Positions 38,355 through 49,519 of a stretch of 64,000 bases of DNA are shown here, piece by piece (positions within the stretch are counted from its first letter, which is position 1; every line of letters begins with the position of its first letter). The notes below the pieces were generated by a model. The model saw nothing but the letters and a program-made list of their open reading frames with translations, did not search any database and was not told where the DNA came from. Position numbers and translations under genes: made by a program. This stretch comes from an uncultured Pelagibacteraceae bacterium (GTDB lineage Bacteria; Pseudomonadota; Alphaproteobacteria; Pelagibacterales; Pelagibacteraceae): positions 10,437 to 74,436 of the forward strand of contig CACANS010000001.1 of NCBI GenBank assembly GCA_902533945.1, written 5' to 3'.

Positions 38355-39298
38355 AAAGCAACATTAAAAACGTTGCTGTTGTTGGCACAGGAGTAATTGG
38401 AACTGGATGGATAATTAGATGTTTGGCTCATGACAAAAAGGTTGTAGCTTTTGACAAAGATCTTAAATTAAAAAAGAGATTAGTTGCAGAAATAAAACGT
38501 ACTTGGCCTTATGTAAAAAAGTTATTCAATAAAAAAAAATTAAATCTAAAAAATTTTATTTATGTCACTTCTATTCAAGAAGTTCTAAAGGAAGCAGATT
38601 TTATTCAAGAATGCGCAACTGAAAACTATAAATTAAAAACAAAATTGATGAAAGTAATTGGCAATTATGCAAAACCAAATGCTATAATTTCATCAAGTTC
38701 ATCTGGGTTACTTCCAACAAAAATATATTCAAAATGTAAAAATCCAGCGCGTACCATGATAGGACATCCATTTAATCCAGTTTATATGTGTCCCGGTGTT
38801 GAAATTGTTCCTGGTAAAAAAACAAAAAATAAATTTTTGAATAAAGCTAATAAATTTTACAAATCTATCTCAATGAATCCAATCATGTTAAAAAAAGAAT
38901 TACCAGGTTATTTATCAGATAGACTCCAAGAAGCCTTATGGAGAGAAGCATTACATATAGTAAACGAAGGATACGCTACTACAAAAGATTTAGATAGAGC
39001 AATTGAAGATGGTCCTGGCCTAAGATGGTCTCTGATGGGAACTTTCCTAACATTTCATTTAGCAGGTGGTAAAGCGGGCATGAAACATATGTTAGAACAA
39101 TTTGGACCTGCGTTAAAATTACCTTGGACAAAACTAAAAGCTCCAAAGCTTTCAAAAAAACTTTCATCGAGAGTTATTAATGGCACTAGAAAACAAGCAA
39201 AAGGCAAATCAGTAGAAAAATTATCAAAAATTAGAGATGAATATTTACTTAAACTTCAGAAGTTAAGAAAAAAATATGAAGACAAGATAAGAAAATGA
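38351..39298 (+). CDS. lcdH: L-carnitine dehydrogenase (3-hydroxyacyl-CoA dehydrogenase family)
   Basis: GTGVIGTGW, GHPFNPVY, DRLQEALWRE, GPGLRW, HMLEQFGPALKLPWTKL. Confidence 0.8.
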   Translation: MKSNIKNVAVVGTGVIGTGWIIRCLAHDKKVVAFDKDLKLKKRLVAEIKRTWPYVKKLFNKKKLNLKNFIYVTSIQEVLKEADFIQECATENYKLKTKLMKVIGNYAKPNAIISSSSSGLLPTKIYSKCKNPARTMIGHPFNPVYMCPGVEIVPGKKTKNKFLNKANKFYKSISMNPIMLKKELPGYLSDRLQEALWREALHIVNEGYATTKDLDRAIEDGPGLRWSLMGTFLTFHLAGGKAGMKHMLEQFGPALKLPWTKLKAPKLSKKLSSRVINGTRKQAKGKSVEKLSKIRDEYLLKLQKLRKKYEDKIRK

Positions 39299-39313
39299 TA
39301 GTAATAAAATATT

Positions 39314-40087
39314 ATGAATGTCTTGGTCAAAAATTTAGGCAATGGAATAAGGAATGTAACAATAAATGATCCAAAAACATATAATTCATTATCTTTTGCA
39401 ACTCTAAGATCTCTTTTAAATACCTTTAAAAAACTTGATAAAGATAACAATACAAAAGTAATTATTTTAGATGGTGCGGGAAAAGGCTTTAGCGCAGGTC
39501 ATAATTTGAAAGAAGTAAGATCTTTAAAAGTAAGATCTAAATATCTTAAACTATTTAATCTTTGTTCAAAACTAATGATCCAAATAGTTGAAGGAAGAAA
39601 ACCAGTTATAGCAAAAGTACATGGGGCTGCTTATGCTGCTGGATGCCAATTAGTAGCTAGTTGTGATCTAGCTTACAGCACTAAAGATACGATGTTTGCA
39701 ACACCTGGAGTTAATATAGGATTATTCTGCAGCACTCCAATGGTTGCGGTTAGTAGAAAAATACATAGAAAAAGAATGATGAAAATGCTTTTAACTGGAG
39801 AACCAATAAAAGCTAACTATGCTAAAGACATAGGTTTGATTAATGATCATTATTCAAAATCAAAATTAAATAGCGAAGTTCTAAAAGTAGCAAAAACAAT
39901 TGCTTCTAAATCAAATCTAACAATAAAAATTGGAAAACAAGCATTCTATAAACAATTAGAAATGCCATTAAGGAAAGCATATTTATATACAAGTAAGATG
40001 ATGACTTTAAATATGATGGCCAGAGACGCTCATGAAGGAATATCTGCATTTTTAGAAAAAAGAAAACCTAAATGGAAAAATAAATGA
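39314..40087 (+). CDS. Enoyl-CoA hydratase/isomerase family protein
   Basis: FSAGHNL, AAGCQLVASCD, TPGVNIGLFCSTP, EGISAF. Confidence 0.9.
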   Translation: MNVLVKNLGNGIRNVTINDPKTYNSLSFATLRSLLNTFKKLDKDNNTKVIILDGAGKGFSAGHNLKEVRSLKVRSKYLKLFNLCSKLMIQIVEGRKPVIAKVHGAAYAAGCQLVASCDLAYSTKDTMFATPGVNIGLFCSTPMVAVSRKIHRKRMMKMLLTGEPIKANYAKDIGLINDHYSKSKLNSEVLKVAKTIASKSNLTIKIGKQAFYKQLEMPLRKAYLYTSKMMTLNMMARDAHEGISAFLEKRKPKWKNK

Positions 40088-40551
40088 ATAATAATGAAAT
40101 AAAAACAATATTAGAAAATTCAAAAACTATAGCGATGGTTGGGGTGAGCTCAGAAAAAAAAGGTGAAGATCCGAAAAATTTAAAAAGAAAACCAGCTAAT
40201 GTAGTAATGAAATACATGCAAGATTTTGGATATAAAGTAATACCAGTCAATCCTTTTGCAAAGGGAGAAGTGATAAATGGAGAAACAGTAGTAGAGAGTC
40301 TAGATAAAATTTCTGAAAAAATAGATATTGTAGATATCTTTCGGCCTTCAAAAGAAACACCTGCTATTGCAAAGGAAGCGGTAAAAATTGGGACCAAAGT
40401 CTTGTGGTTACAATATGGAATTCAAAACGAAGAGGCTAAAAAAATTGCTGAAGATGCAAATATTCAATATGTATCAAACTTATGTATAAAACAAGAATAT
40501 CAAAAATTATTTCAAAAAGCTAATCCGGTATTCCCTGTTCTTAAAAATTAG
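40084..40551 (+). CDS. CoA-binding protein (YccU-like)
   Basis: IAMVGVS, IPVNP, VDIFR, WLQYGI. Confidence 0.85.
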   Translation: MNNNEIKTILENSKTIAMVGVSSEKKGEDPKNLKRKPANVVMKYMQDFGYKVIPVNPFAKGEVINGETVVESLDKISEKIDIVDIFRPSKETPAIAKEAVKIGTKVLWLQYGIQNEEAKKIAEDANIQYVSNLCIKQEYQKLFQKANPVFPVLKN

Positions 40552-41117
40552 TGAAAAAAATTCTAATATTAATTTTTCTTTTTCAAACATCAGTTTTCAG
40601 TCAAGATTTGGAAAAAGCATATTTTGCAGGAGGTTGTTTTTGGTGTATGGAAGAATCTTTTGAAAAAAAGGACGGAGTTACCGAGGTTATTTCTGGTTAT
40701 TCAGGTGGAAAAACAAAAAATCCGACATATGAAGAAGTTACATATGGAAATACAGGACATTTTGAAACAATTGAAATTATTTACGATAAGAGCAAAATAA
40801 ATTACAAAGATTTACTTGATCATTTTTGGAAAAATATAGATCCATTTGATAAATACGGTCAATTTTGCGATAAAGGTTATAGTTATAGATCCGTAGCTTT
40901 CTATAAAAATAAAGAAGAAAAAGATTTAATAAATAAAAGTATTATGGAATTAGAAAAAAAATTTGATAAAAAAATCGTAACTTACGTCATAGAATTTAAA
41001 AAATTTTACAAAGCTGAAGACAAACATCAAAATTATTATCAAGTTAAATTTTTAAACTATTTAAGATATAAAAAAGCTTGTGGAAGAGAAAAAACCTTAA
41101 ATAAAATTTGGAATTAA
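40551..41117 (+). CDS. msrA: Peptide-methionine (S)-S-oxide reductase, signal-peptide bearing
   Basis: FAGGCFWC, GYSGG, GQFCDKG, AEDKHQNYY. Confidence 0.95.
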   Translation: MKKILILIFLFQTSVFSQDLEKAYFAGGCFWCMEESFEKKDGVTEVISGYSGGKTKNPTYEEVTYGNTGHFETIEIIYDKSKINYKDLLDHFWKNIDPFDKYGQFCDKGYSYRSVAFYKNKEEKDLINKSIMELEKKFDKKIVTYVIEFKKFYKAEDKHQNYYQVKFLNYLRYKKACGREKTLNKIWN

Positions 41118-41686
41118 TGAAAAAAGTTTTTTTAGTTTATGGACATTATAATGACAAATCATTTAATGCTGCAATTAAAGAAGAATTTATCAATACTGTA
41201 AAAGAAAACGGAAATGAAGTAGATGTAGTTGATTTATATAAAGAAAAATTTAACCCAGTCTATGCTGGTGAAAAACCAGATGAAATAGTATTGGATCATC
41301 AAAAAAGAATAGAAGCTTCTGATGTAATTGTTTTAATTGCACCAATATGGAATTTTAGAATGCCAGCAATTTTAGAAGGATGGATTGATAAAGTTTTAGC
41401 TCCACCTTGGGCATTTAAATTTAAAAAAATTTTTGGAAACTATGGTTACCCAATAGGAAATTTAAAAGGAAAAAAGGCTATTGTATTTTGTACATATGGT
41501 TCGCCGCAGTTTGCTATTAGGACTTTTTTTTTAAATATGCCGACTAAAAGACTTAGAAGAGGGGTATTTAACATTTGTGGAATAACAAATGTTATTTATA
41601 AAAGATATTTTGCTGTACCATTTGTTTCAGATGACAAGAGAAAAAAATTTCTAAAAGACGTAAAAAAAACTGCAAATAATTTATGA
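41117..41686 (+). CDS. Flavodoxin-like NAD(P)H:quinone dehydrogenase
   Basis: SFNAA, PIWNFRMPAILEGWIDKV; start moved to the ATG overlapping the msrA stop. Confidence 0.85.
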   Translation: MKKVFLVYGHYNDKSFNAAIKEEFINTVKENGNEVDVVDLYKEKFNPVYAGEKPDEIVLDHQKRIEASDVIVLIAPIWNFRMPAILEGWIDKVLAPPWAFKFKKIFGNYGYPIGNLKGKKAIVFCTYGSPQFAIRTFFLNMPTKRLRRGVFNICGITNVIYKRYFAVPFVSDDKRKKFLKDVKKTANNL

Positions 41687-42147
41687 TCAAAATATTAAAA
41701 TATTTTGTTATAATTTTTTTTATTCTTTCAAGCAATTCTATTTCAGATATTTTAAAACCAAATATTAAAATAGAACCATATCAAGTAGTTAAAATTCAGT
41801 TGAAAAGTTTAATGAAAAATGACAATCCAACCAAAGATAGAGGCATTGAACAAACATGGGAATTTGCCCATCCAAATAATAAAAAATTTACTGGTCCATT
41901 GGATAAATTTCAAATCATGTTAAAGGGGAAATCTTATTCAATGCTTTTAAATCACAAAGATCACAAAATTAATGAAGTTTATTTATCTGACAAAGTAGCC
42001 ACTTTTGAAGTTATAATTTTAGATACAGAGAAAAAGTATTACAAATTTAAATGGCAGGTTGAAAAGTATAATAAAGAAGGCCCTTTAAAAGATTGTTGGT
42101 TAACCACGGCTGTTTCTCAGCCAGTGACTATAGGCTCATCTATATAA
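41683..42147 (+). CDS. Exported DUF4864-like protein
   Basis: Signal peptide; VVKIQL..L, FAHP, F..ML...Y..L. Confidence 0.6.
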   Translation: MIKILKYFVIIFFILSSNSISDILKPNIKIEPYQVVKIQLKSLMKNDNPTKDRGIEQTWEFAHPNNKKFTGPLDKFQIMLKGKSYSMLLNHKDHKINEVYLSDKVATFEVIILDTEKKYYKFKWQVEKYNKEGPLKDCWLTTAVSQPVTIGSSI

Positions 42148-42193
42148 AAAAATTATGTTTCGTTAATATTAAAAATTTAGTAGGAATCGCAAG

Positions 42194-44626
42194 ATGAAAT
42201 CAAAAGCTAAAGTTGTTGTTGTAGGTGGAGGTGTTGTTGGAGTTAGCATGCTCTACCATCTTGCAAAAAAAGGTTGGTCAGACGTTGTTCTTGTAGAAAG
42301 AAAAGAATTAACATCAGGATCAACTTGGCACGCAGCTGGCTTACTTCCACTATTTAATATGAGTTATTCTGTGGGACAACTCCATAAATACGCAGTTAAT
42401 TTTTATAAAACTTTAGAGGAAGAAACTGGAAAAAATGTTGGTTTCAGTGTTGTATCTAATATTAGACTAGCAAGCACAAAAGATAGAATGGATGAATACC
42501 ATCAATATGCAGGAGTGGCGCAAACTATTGGTGTTAAATATAAATTTTTAACTCCTGATCAAGTAAAAGAAATATGGCCTTTATGTAATACTTCAGATTT
42601 AATTGGTGCAATTCAACATCCCGAAGATGGATATATTCAACCAGCTGATTTAACTCAAGCGCTAGCAACAGGTGCTAGAAATAAAGGAGCCGAAATTTAT
42701 AGAAACACAACAGTAGTTGGAATTAAACAAACTAAAGACGGATGGGTAGTTGAAACTGACAAAGGAACAATAGAATGTGAACATGTTGTCTCTTGTTCAG
42801 GAAACTTTGCAAGACAAACAGGGAAAATGGTTGGTTTAGATATACCCGTGATACCGGTCGAACATCAATATATTGTTACTGAACCACATCCTGAAATTCA
42901 AAAAAGAAAAAAAGAAGGTCTTCCAGAAATGGGAGTTCTTAGAGATAGCGATAGTCGTTGGTATATGAGAGAAGAGGCTGGGGGATTAATATTAGGACCC
43001 TATGAAGATGGTGCACCATGTTGTTATGTAGATGGACCATCAAAAGATTCAGAATATGAATTATTTCAAGAAGATTTAGAAAGACTCGGACCACACATTG
43101 AAGGCGCAATTCATCGTGTTCCAGCTTTTGGCGAAGTTGGAGTAAAAAAAGTTTATAATGGAGCTATCTGTTATACCCCAGATGGAAATCCTATTGTTGG
43201 ACCTGCTTGGGGTCTGAAAAATTTTTGGATAAATGAAGGTCATAGTTTTGGAATTACTGCAGCAGGTGGAGCAGGTTGGCAATTAGCAGAATGGATTATT
43301 GATGGTGAACCAACTGTAGACATGCTTGGAGTAGAACCAAGAAGATACGGAGACTATTGTTCTAAAGCTTATCTAAAAGAAAAAAATGAGGAAGCTTATA
43401 GAAATGTTTTTATCATTCACTATCCTGATGAAGAAAGGGGAGCGGCTAGACCATTAAGACAAGCACCATGTTATGATAGATTAAAAAAATTAGGCGCTGT
43501 TTTTGGACAAAAATTTGGATGGGAAAGAGCTAACTTTTTTGCAACGGATGGCATGGAACAAAAAGATGATTGGTCCTTTAGAAGATCTAAATGGTTTCAA
43601 GCAGTACAAAAAGAATGTAAAAATGTAAAAGAAAATGTAGGTCTTTTAGATATGTCTGCTTTTGCAAAATGCAGAATCAAAGGACCTAAAGCTGAGGAAT
43701 TTTTAGATTATTTAGTTGCAAACAAACTCCCAAAAAAAATTGGCAGAGTAAATTTATGTCATGCTTTAAATACAAAAGGCGGAGTACATTCTGAATTTAC
43801 GATAATGAAAGAAGCAGAAGATAGTTTTTATTTGGTTTCAGCAGGAGCTTTTCAAAGACTAGATCATGATTGGATACAAAAATGGATGCCAAAAGATGGT
43901 TCAGTTCAGTTTGAAAACTTAACAAATTCAATTGGAGTTTTAGTTGTCGCTGGTCCAAAAGCTAGAGATTTAATGAATAAAGTTTCTAAAGATGATTTCT
44001 CAAATGAAAATTTTAAATGGCTAAGTTCCAAGAAAGTAGATATCGGGTATGCACCAAGTACAGCAATTAGAGTAAATTTTGTTGGTGAATTAGGATGGGA
44101 ACTTCATCATCCTCTTGAATATCAAAATCATATTTTTGATAAATTAATGGAACACGGAAAAGATCTTGGTTTGAAACCATTTGGAATCAGAGCCATGAAT
44201 AGTTTAAGAGTTGAAAAGTCTTACAAACTTGTTGGTACAGAATTATCTATAGAATACTCACCATACGAGTCAGGTTTAGATAGATTTATTCATCCAAACA
44301 AAGGAAAGTTTATAGGTTTAGAAGCATTAAATAAATGGAGAGAAAAGGGTTTTCAAAATAAATTAGTAACAATGGAAGTGCACAATGTTACAGACGCAGA
44401 TGTATTAGGCAACAACCCAATTTATCAAAATGATAAAGTAGTCGGAAGAGCAACAGGAGGAGATTTTGGTTTTAGATTAAATAAATCTATAGCAATTGGA
44501 ATGGTTAAACCTGAGATTGCGACAACAGGACAAAAATTAAAAATTGATATTTTAGGAAAAATGCACGACGCTACAATTCTGGATGAAAGTCCATATGATC
44601 CAGAAAACAAATTATTAAGAGCATAA
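42194..44626 (+). CDS. Dimethylglycine dehydrogenase-like FAD oxidoreductase with GcvT domain (second paralog)
   Basis: [28 protein letters not shown]; directly upstream of etfBA. Confidence 0.9.
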   Translation: MKSKAKVVVVGGGVVGVSMLYHLAKKGWSDVVLVERKELTSGSTWHAAGLLPLFNMSYSVGQLHKYAVNFYKTLEEETGKNVGFSVVSNIRLASTKDRMDEYHQYAGVAQTIGVKYKFLTPDQVKEIWPLCNTSDLIGAIQHPEDGYIQPADLTQALATGARNKGAEIYRNTTVVGIKQTKDGWVVETDKGTIECEHVVSCSGNFARQTGKMVGLDIPVIPVEHQYIVTEPHPEIQKRKKEGLPEMGVLRDSDSRWYMREEAGGLILGPYEDGAPCCYVDGPSKDSEYELFQEDLERLGPHIEGAIHRVPAFGEVGVKKVYNGAICYTPDGNPIVGPAWGLKNFWINEGHSFGITAAGGAGWQLAEWIIDGEPTVDMLGVEPRRYGDYCSKAYLKEKNEEAYRNVFIIHYPDEERGAARPLRQAPCYDRLKKLGAVFGQKFGWERANFFATDGMEQKDDWSFRRSKWFQAVQKECKNVKENVGLLDMSAFAKCRIKGPKAEEFLDYLVANKLPKKIGRVNLCHALNTKGGVHSEFTIMKEAEDSFYLVSAGAFQRLDHDWIQKWMPKDGSVQFENLTNSIGVLVVAGPKARDLMNKVSKDDFSNENFKWLSSKKVDIGYAPSTAIRVNFVGELGWELHHPLEYQNHIFDKLMEHGKDLGLKPFGIRAMNSLRVEKSYKLVGTELSIEYSPYESGLDRFIHPNKGKFIGLEALNKWREKGFQNKLVTMEVHNVTDADVLGNNPIYQNDKVVGRATGGDFGFRLNKSIAIGMVKPEIATTGQKLKIDILGKMHDATILDESPYDPENKLLRA

Positions 44627-45375
44627 TGAAAATATTAGTCGCAGTTAAAAGAGTTATTGATTACAACGTTCAAGTAAGAGTAAAAGAAGATGGCACAGGC
44701 GTTGTCACAGATAATGTTAAAATGTCAACTAATCCCCCAGATGACAATGCAATCGAAGAAGCAGTAAAAATAAAAGAGTCGGGAAAAGCCAAAGAAATAG
44801 TAGCGGTTACTATTGGAGAAGATAAGGCACAAGAAACAGTAAGAAAAGCATTAGCAGTTGGAGCTGACAGAGGAATTCATGTTAAAGTTAGTGGAATTGT
44901 AGAACCTTTAGCAGTTTCAAAAATCTTACAAAAAATTGTAGATAAAGAAAAACCTGACTTAATTTTTATGGGTAAACAAGCGATAGACGATGATTGTAAC
45001 CAAACAGGACAAATGTTAGCAGCACTTTTAAATTATCCTCAAGCAACTTTTGCATCCAAAATTGAAGTTAAAGATAAATCATTAGAAGTTACAAGGGAAG
45101 TAGATGAAGGATTAGAAACCATTGAAGTAAACATTCCTGCAATAGTTACATGTGATTTGAGGCTAAATGAACCTAGGTATGCATCATTGCCAAATATAAT
45201 GAAAGCAAAGAAAAAACCTTTGGAACAAATTAATGCTGCCGATTTAGGAGTTGATACAAAACCAAGAATAGAACAAATTAAAGTTGAAGAACCTCCAAAA
45301 AGAAAAGCAGGTATAAAAGTATCAAGTGTAGCTGAATTAGTTCAAAAATTAAAAAATGAGGCAAAGGTAATATAA
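44626..45375 (+). CDS. etfB: Electron transfer flavoprotein beta subunit
   Basis: [23 protein letters not shown]. Confidence 0.97.
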   Translation: MKILVAVKRVIDYNVQVRVKEDGTGVVTDNVKMSTNPPDDNAIEEAVKIKESGKAKEIVAVTIGEDKAQETVRKALAVGADRGIHVKVSGIVEPLAVSKILQKIVDKEKPDLIFMGKQAIDDDCNQTGQMLAALLNYPQATFASKIEVKDKSLEVTREVDEGLETIEVNIPAIVTCDLRLNEPRYASLPNIMKAKKKPLEQINAADLGVDTKPRIEQIKVEEPPKRKAGIKVSSVAELVQKLKNEAKVI

Positions 45376-46328
45376 TGTCTGTATTATTAATAGCGGAACA
45401 CAACAATAAGGAAGTAAAACCATTTACCCAAAACGCCATTACCGCCGCTTCACAAATAGACCAAGATCTACATGTTTTAGTCATTGGAAAAAATGTTGAT
45501 GCAGTATCTAAATCAATATCAGAAGTGCCTAATGTTAAAAAAGTAATTCAGGTTGATAATGAAATTTACGAAAATTTTTTAGCTGAAAACTATACTCCAG
45601 TTATAATTAAACAATCTGAAAATTATTCTCACATTGTTTGTTCAGCAAACACTTTTGGAAAAAATTTAATGCCGAGAGTAGCAGCTTTGCTAGACACTTC
45701 CCAAGTAAGTGATATCATAAAAGTTATTTCAGCAGACACTTTTTTACGACCTATATATGCAGGAAATGCTTTTGCTACTGTTAAAAGTAACGATAAAAAA
45801 AAATGTATTACAATTAGACCAACTTCTTTTGACCCAGCACCATCAACAGGTGGATCTGCTGAAATTATAAAAGTTGATGGTAGCGAAGCTACTACATTAA
45901 CAAAATTTATAAAAAGAGAAGAAGTTAAATCAGATAGACCAGAACTTGGAACTGCAAGAATAGTAATTTCAGGTGGAAGAGGAATGCAAAGCGGTGAAAA
46001 CTTTAAACTAATCACATCAATTGCAGATAAATTAAATGCTGCCATTGGAGCATCAAGAGCTGCAGTAGATGCCGGATATATAACAAACGATCATCAAGTG
46101 GGTCAAACAGGAAAAGTTGTTGTTCCTGATCTTTATATTGCAGTAGGTATTTCAGGAGCAATACAACATTTAGCAGGAATGAAAGAAAGCAAAGTTATTG
46201 TTGCAATAAATAAGGATGGAGAAGCTCCAATTTTTAGTGTTGCAGACTATGGATTAGAAGCAGATTTATTTGAAGCACTACCTCAGTTCTTAGAAGAATT
46301 GAACAAATTAAACACTATACAAAAATAA
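45375..46328 (+). CDS. etfA: Electron transfer flavoprotein alpha subunit
   Basis: RPIYAGN, SGGRG, QVGQTGK, GISGAIQHLAGM. Confidence 0.97.
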   Translation: MSVLLIAEHNNKEVKPFTQNAITAASQIDQDLHVLVIGKNVDAVSKSISEVPNVKKVIQVDNEIYENFLAENYTPVIIKQSENYSHIVCSANTFGKNLMPRVAALLDTSQVSDIIKVISADTFLRPIYAGNAFATVKSNDKKKCITIRPTSFDPAPSTGGSAEIIKVDGSEATTLTKFIKREEVKSDRPELGTARIVISGGRGMQSGENFKLITSIADKLNAAIGASRAAVDAGYITNDHQVGQTGKVVVPDLYIAVGISGAIQHLAGMKESKVIVAINKDGEAPIFSVADYGLEADLFEALPQFLEELNKLNTIQK

Positions 46329-46349
46329 CAAATACTGTAAAAAAATAGT

Positions 46350-47969
46350 ATGTCCAGAGAAGTGATGGAATACGATGTAGTAATCGTAGGTGGCGGACCG
46401 TCAGGACTTTCAACTGCTATTAAGTTAAAGCAGTTAAATTCGGATTTAAATGTCTGCCTTTTAGAAAAAGCATCTGAAATAGGTGCACATATATTATCCG
46501 GGAATGTGTTTGAAACACGTGCCTTGGATGAGCTATTGCCTAAATGGAAAGAATTAAGTGCTCCAATAAAAACTAAAGTTAATAAAGAAAAATTTTTATT
46601 TTTAGGTAAGTCAAAAAGTATAAGTTGGCCTACTTGGTTACTTCCTAAAGTACAACACAATAAAAATAATTATATTATAAGCCTTGCAAATTTGTGTAGA
46701 TGGTTAGCTGAACAGGCAGAGGGACTTGGGGTAGAAATATTTCCAGGATTTCCTGCAAGTAAAGTTTTATATAATGAAGATGGATCAGTTAAAGGCATAG
46801 TTACTCAAGACATGGGCTTAGATAAAGAGGGTAACAAAAAAGACAGTTTTGAACCAGGAATGGAGCTTCATGCAAAAGTAACAGTTTTTGCAGAGGGATG
46901 TCGGGGTCATTTGGGAAAAACATTAATAAAAAAATTTGAACTTGATAAAAATAGTGATCCACAACAATACGGAATAGGATTTAAAGAAATATGGGAAATT
47001 AAAGAGGAAAATCACCATGAAGGGCTTGTAATGCATACAGCAGGATGGCCTTTAGATAAAAAGACATATGGAGGAAGTTTTGTTTATCATGCAGAAAATA
47101 AACAAGTATTCTTAGGTTATGTAATCGGTTTAGATTATCAAAACCCTCATCTATCACCTTTTGATGAATTTCAAAGATTCAAAACACATCCTTCTATAAA
47201 ATCAATATTAGAGGGAGGAAAAAGAATTTCTTATGGTGCAAGAGCTCTTATTGAAGGTGGACTACAAAGTTTGCCTAGAATGCATATGCCCGGTGCTTTA
47301 TTAATTGGTTGTGATGCCGGAACTTTAAATATGCCTAAAATAAAAGGATCACATACTGCAATGAAAAGTGGAATTATAGCTGCAGAAACAATTTTTGATC
47401 ATTTTAAAGAAAAAAAAGAATTATCAATTTATGAAGATAAATTTAAAAAAAGCTGGGTTTATGAAGAACTTAAAGCTGCAAGAAATGTTAAACCGAGTTT
47501 TAGTTGGGGATTAATATTGGGTATAATTTTTACAGGAATTGATCAAATTTTATTTAGAGGAAAATTACCTTTCACATTAAGACATAAACACGCTGATCAT
47601 GAAACTTTAAAAGCAGCAAATAAAATGCCAAAAATTGAATATCCAAAACCAGATAATGTAATAACATTTGATAAAACTAGTTCGGTATATCTTACAGGAA
47701 CAAATCATACTGATAACCAACCAGTTCATTTGAAATTAAAAGATAAAGATTTGCCAATAAATTATACTTTAGAAAAATTTGATGAACCAGCACAAAGATA
47801 TTGTCCTGTAGGAGTTTATGAAGTTCAAAGTGAAAATAATGAAAAAAAATTTGTTATAAATTCTCAAAACTGCATTCATTGCAAAACATGCGATATAAAA
47901 GAACCTTCCCAAAATATTAATTGGGTTACACCTGAAGGAGGAGGAGGTCCTAAATATGGAAATATGTAA
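46350..47969 (+). CDS. ETF-ubiquinone oxidoreductase
   Basis: GGGPSG, GAHILSG, KIKGSH, YCPVGVY, NCIHCKTCD. Confidence 0.95.
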   Translation: MSREVMEYDVVIVGGGPSGLSTAIKLKQLNSDLNVCLLEKASEIGAHILSGNVFETRALDELLPKWKELSAPIKTKVNKEKFLFLGKSKSISWPTWLLPKVQHNKNNYIISLANLCRWLAEQAEGLGVEIFPGFPASKVLYNEDGSVKGIVTQDMGLDKEGNKKDSFEPGMELHAKVTVFAEGCRGHLGKTLIKKFELDKNSDPQQYGIGFKEIWEIKEENHHEGLVMHTAGWPLDKKTYGGSFVYHAENKQVFLGYVIGLDYQNPHLSPFDEFQRFKTHPSIKSILEGGKRISYGARALIEGGLQSLPRMHMPGALLIGCDAGTLNMPKIKGSHTAMKSGIIAAETIFDHFKEKKELSIYEDKFKKSWVYEELKAARNVKPSFSWGLILGIIFTGIDQILFRGKLPFTLRHKHADHETLKAANKMPKIEYPKPDNVITFDKTSSVYLTGTNHTDNQPVHLKLKDKDLPINYTLEKFDEPAQRYCPVGVYEVQSENNEKKFVINSQNCIHCKTCDIKEPSQNINWVTPEGGGGPKYGNM

Positions 47970-47970
47970 C

Positions 47971-48345
47971 TCAAGAAAGATCTATTGCAAATTTTTTCAA
48001 TTTTTCAATTGGAACAAGTTTAAGTGTATTTTCGTGAGTTTTTTTTAAATATATTGAGCATCCTTTACCAGCTTCTATAGCTCTTGCCACCCAACCTGCA
48101 CAGACACACCAATTATCCCCATCTTTTAAACCTGGAAAACCAAATTCAGGATGTGGTGTAATTAAATCATTGCCAGATTCTTTGCACCATTCTAAAAATT
48201 CATTATTAACTTTTACACATACAGTATGTAGCCCTGTATCATTTTCATCTGTATTACAACAACCATCTCTAAACCATCCTGTTAAAGGATTTTTAGAACA
48301 TTCTTCTAGATCTTCACCTAGCACATTCTTTTGTTTTTCGCTCAT
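47971..48345 (-). CDS. DUF2237 family protein
   Basis: NVLG..L..CS..P.TGWFRDGCC, GNDL.TP, PGLKDGD.WCVC. Confidence 0.85.
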   Translation of the reverse strand: MSEKQKNVLGEDLEECSKNPLTGWFRDGCCNTDENDTGLHTVCVKVNNEFLEWCKESGNDLITPHPEFGFPGLKDGDNWCVCAGWVARAIEAGKGCSIYLKKTHENTLKLVPIEKLKKFAIDLS

Positions 48346-48812
48346 TAAATTTTTGTTGGATTAGGTTGCCCTTTATAAACTTTTTCTGGATCAAATTTTT
48401 TTTCTTTTTCTTCAAATCTCATTTCTATTTGTCTAGCGTTATCAATTTTTCCCAAAGGTACAGATCTATAAAAACAAGAACGATAACCAACATGGCAACT
48501 TGCACCATCACCTATATCAACAGCTAGCCATACTGAGTCTTGATCATCGTCAATTCTTATTTCGTTAACTTTTTGGACAAATCCACTTGTCTGTCCTTTG
48601 TGCCAAATTTGTTTTCTAGATCTACTCCAATAATGCGCTTCTTTAGTTTCTATTGTTAATTTTAAAGCTTCCACATTCATATAGCCATGCATAAGAATTT
48701 CTTTAGTTTTAGAACAGGTTGTAACTACTGGAATAAGGCCATCATTATCAAATTTAGGCGATAAAAGGTTTCCCTCTTCAATATCAGCGATATTTTCTCT
48801 TTTTTTAAACAT
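48345..48812 (-). CDS. hisI: Phosphoribosyl-AMP cyclohydrolase
   Basis: YWSRSR..WHKG.TSG, DDDQD, CHVGYRSCFY. Confidence 0.95.
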   Translation of the reverse strand: MFKKRENIADIEEGNLLSPKFDNDGLIPVVTTCSKTKEILMHGYMNVEALKLTIETKEAHYWSRSRKQIWHKGQTSGFVQKVNEIRIDDDQDSVWLAVDIGDGASCHVGYRSCFYRSVPLGKIDNARQIEMRFEEKEKKFDPEKVYKGQPNPTKI

Positions 48813-48888
48813 TATGTGGTATTTTGTAACATATTCAGGAATATAATAAATATTTTAAAAATTAGCATTTATATATATAACCATCGCG

Positions 48889-49494
48889 ATGAAATTAGTA
48901 AAAAACGAAAACAACAAAAATCCACAAAATCAAATTTCTGAAAAAGAGGTAGAAGAGGCATTTATAAAAATTTTAAAATGGCTGGGAGAAGATCCTTCAA
49001 GAGAAGGTCTAATAGAGACGCCGAAAAGAGTAATTAAAGCATTTAAAGAATATTTTAAAGGATATAACGAAGATCCAAAAAAAATTTTAGAAAAAACTTT
49101 TGGAGATGTTGAAGGTTACGATGATATGGTTATTCAAAAAAATATATCAGTACAAAGTCACTGCGAACATCACATGGCACCAATAATTGGAGTAGCTCAT
49201 GTTGCATACATTCCTAATGATAGAGTAGTTGGGTTAAGCAAACTCGCAAGGGTTGTAGAAGTATTTTCAAAAAGACTTCAAACACAAGAAAGATTAACAA
49301 TGCAAATTGCAAATACATTAATGGAATCATTAGACGCAAAAGGAGTAGCGGTTTCAATAGATTCAACGCACCATTGTATGACTATGAGAGGAATTAAAAA
49401 AGAACAAGCTACAACTGTAACAAATTACTACTTAGGAAAATTTAAAGAAGATTTAAGTTGTCAAAATAGATATTTAAGATTTATTAGCAAATAA
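48889..49494 (+). CDS. folE: GTP cyclohydrolase I
   Basis: ETPKRV, CEHH, GLSKLAR, QERLT, HHCMTMRG. Confidence 0.97.
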   Translation: MKLVKNENNKNPQNQISEKEVEEAFIKILKWLGEDPSREGLIETPKRVIKAFKEYFKGYNEDPKKILEKTFGDVEGYDDMVIQKNISVQSHCEHHMAPIIGVAHVAYIPNDRVVGLSKLARVVEVFSKRLQTQERLTMQIANTLMESLDAKGVAVSIDSTHHCMTMRGIKKEQATTVTNYYLGKFKEDLSCQNRYLRFISK

Positions 49495-49519
49495 ATCTAG
49501 ACTATATTCCATTATTGTT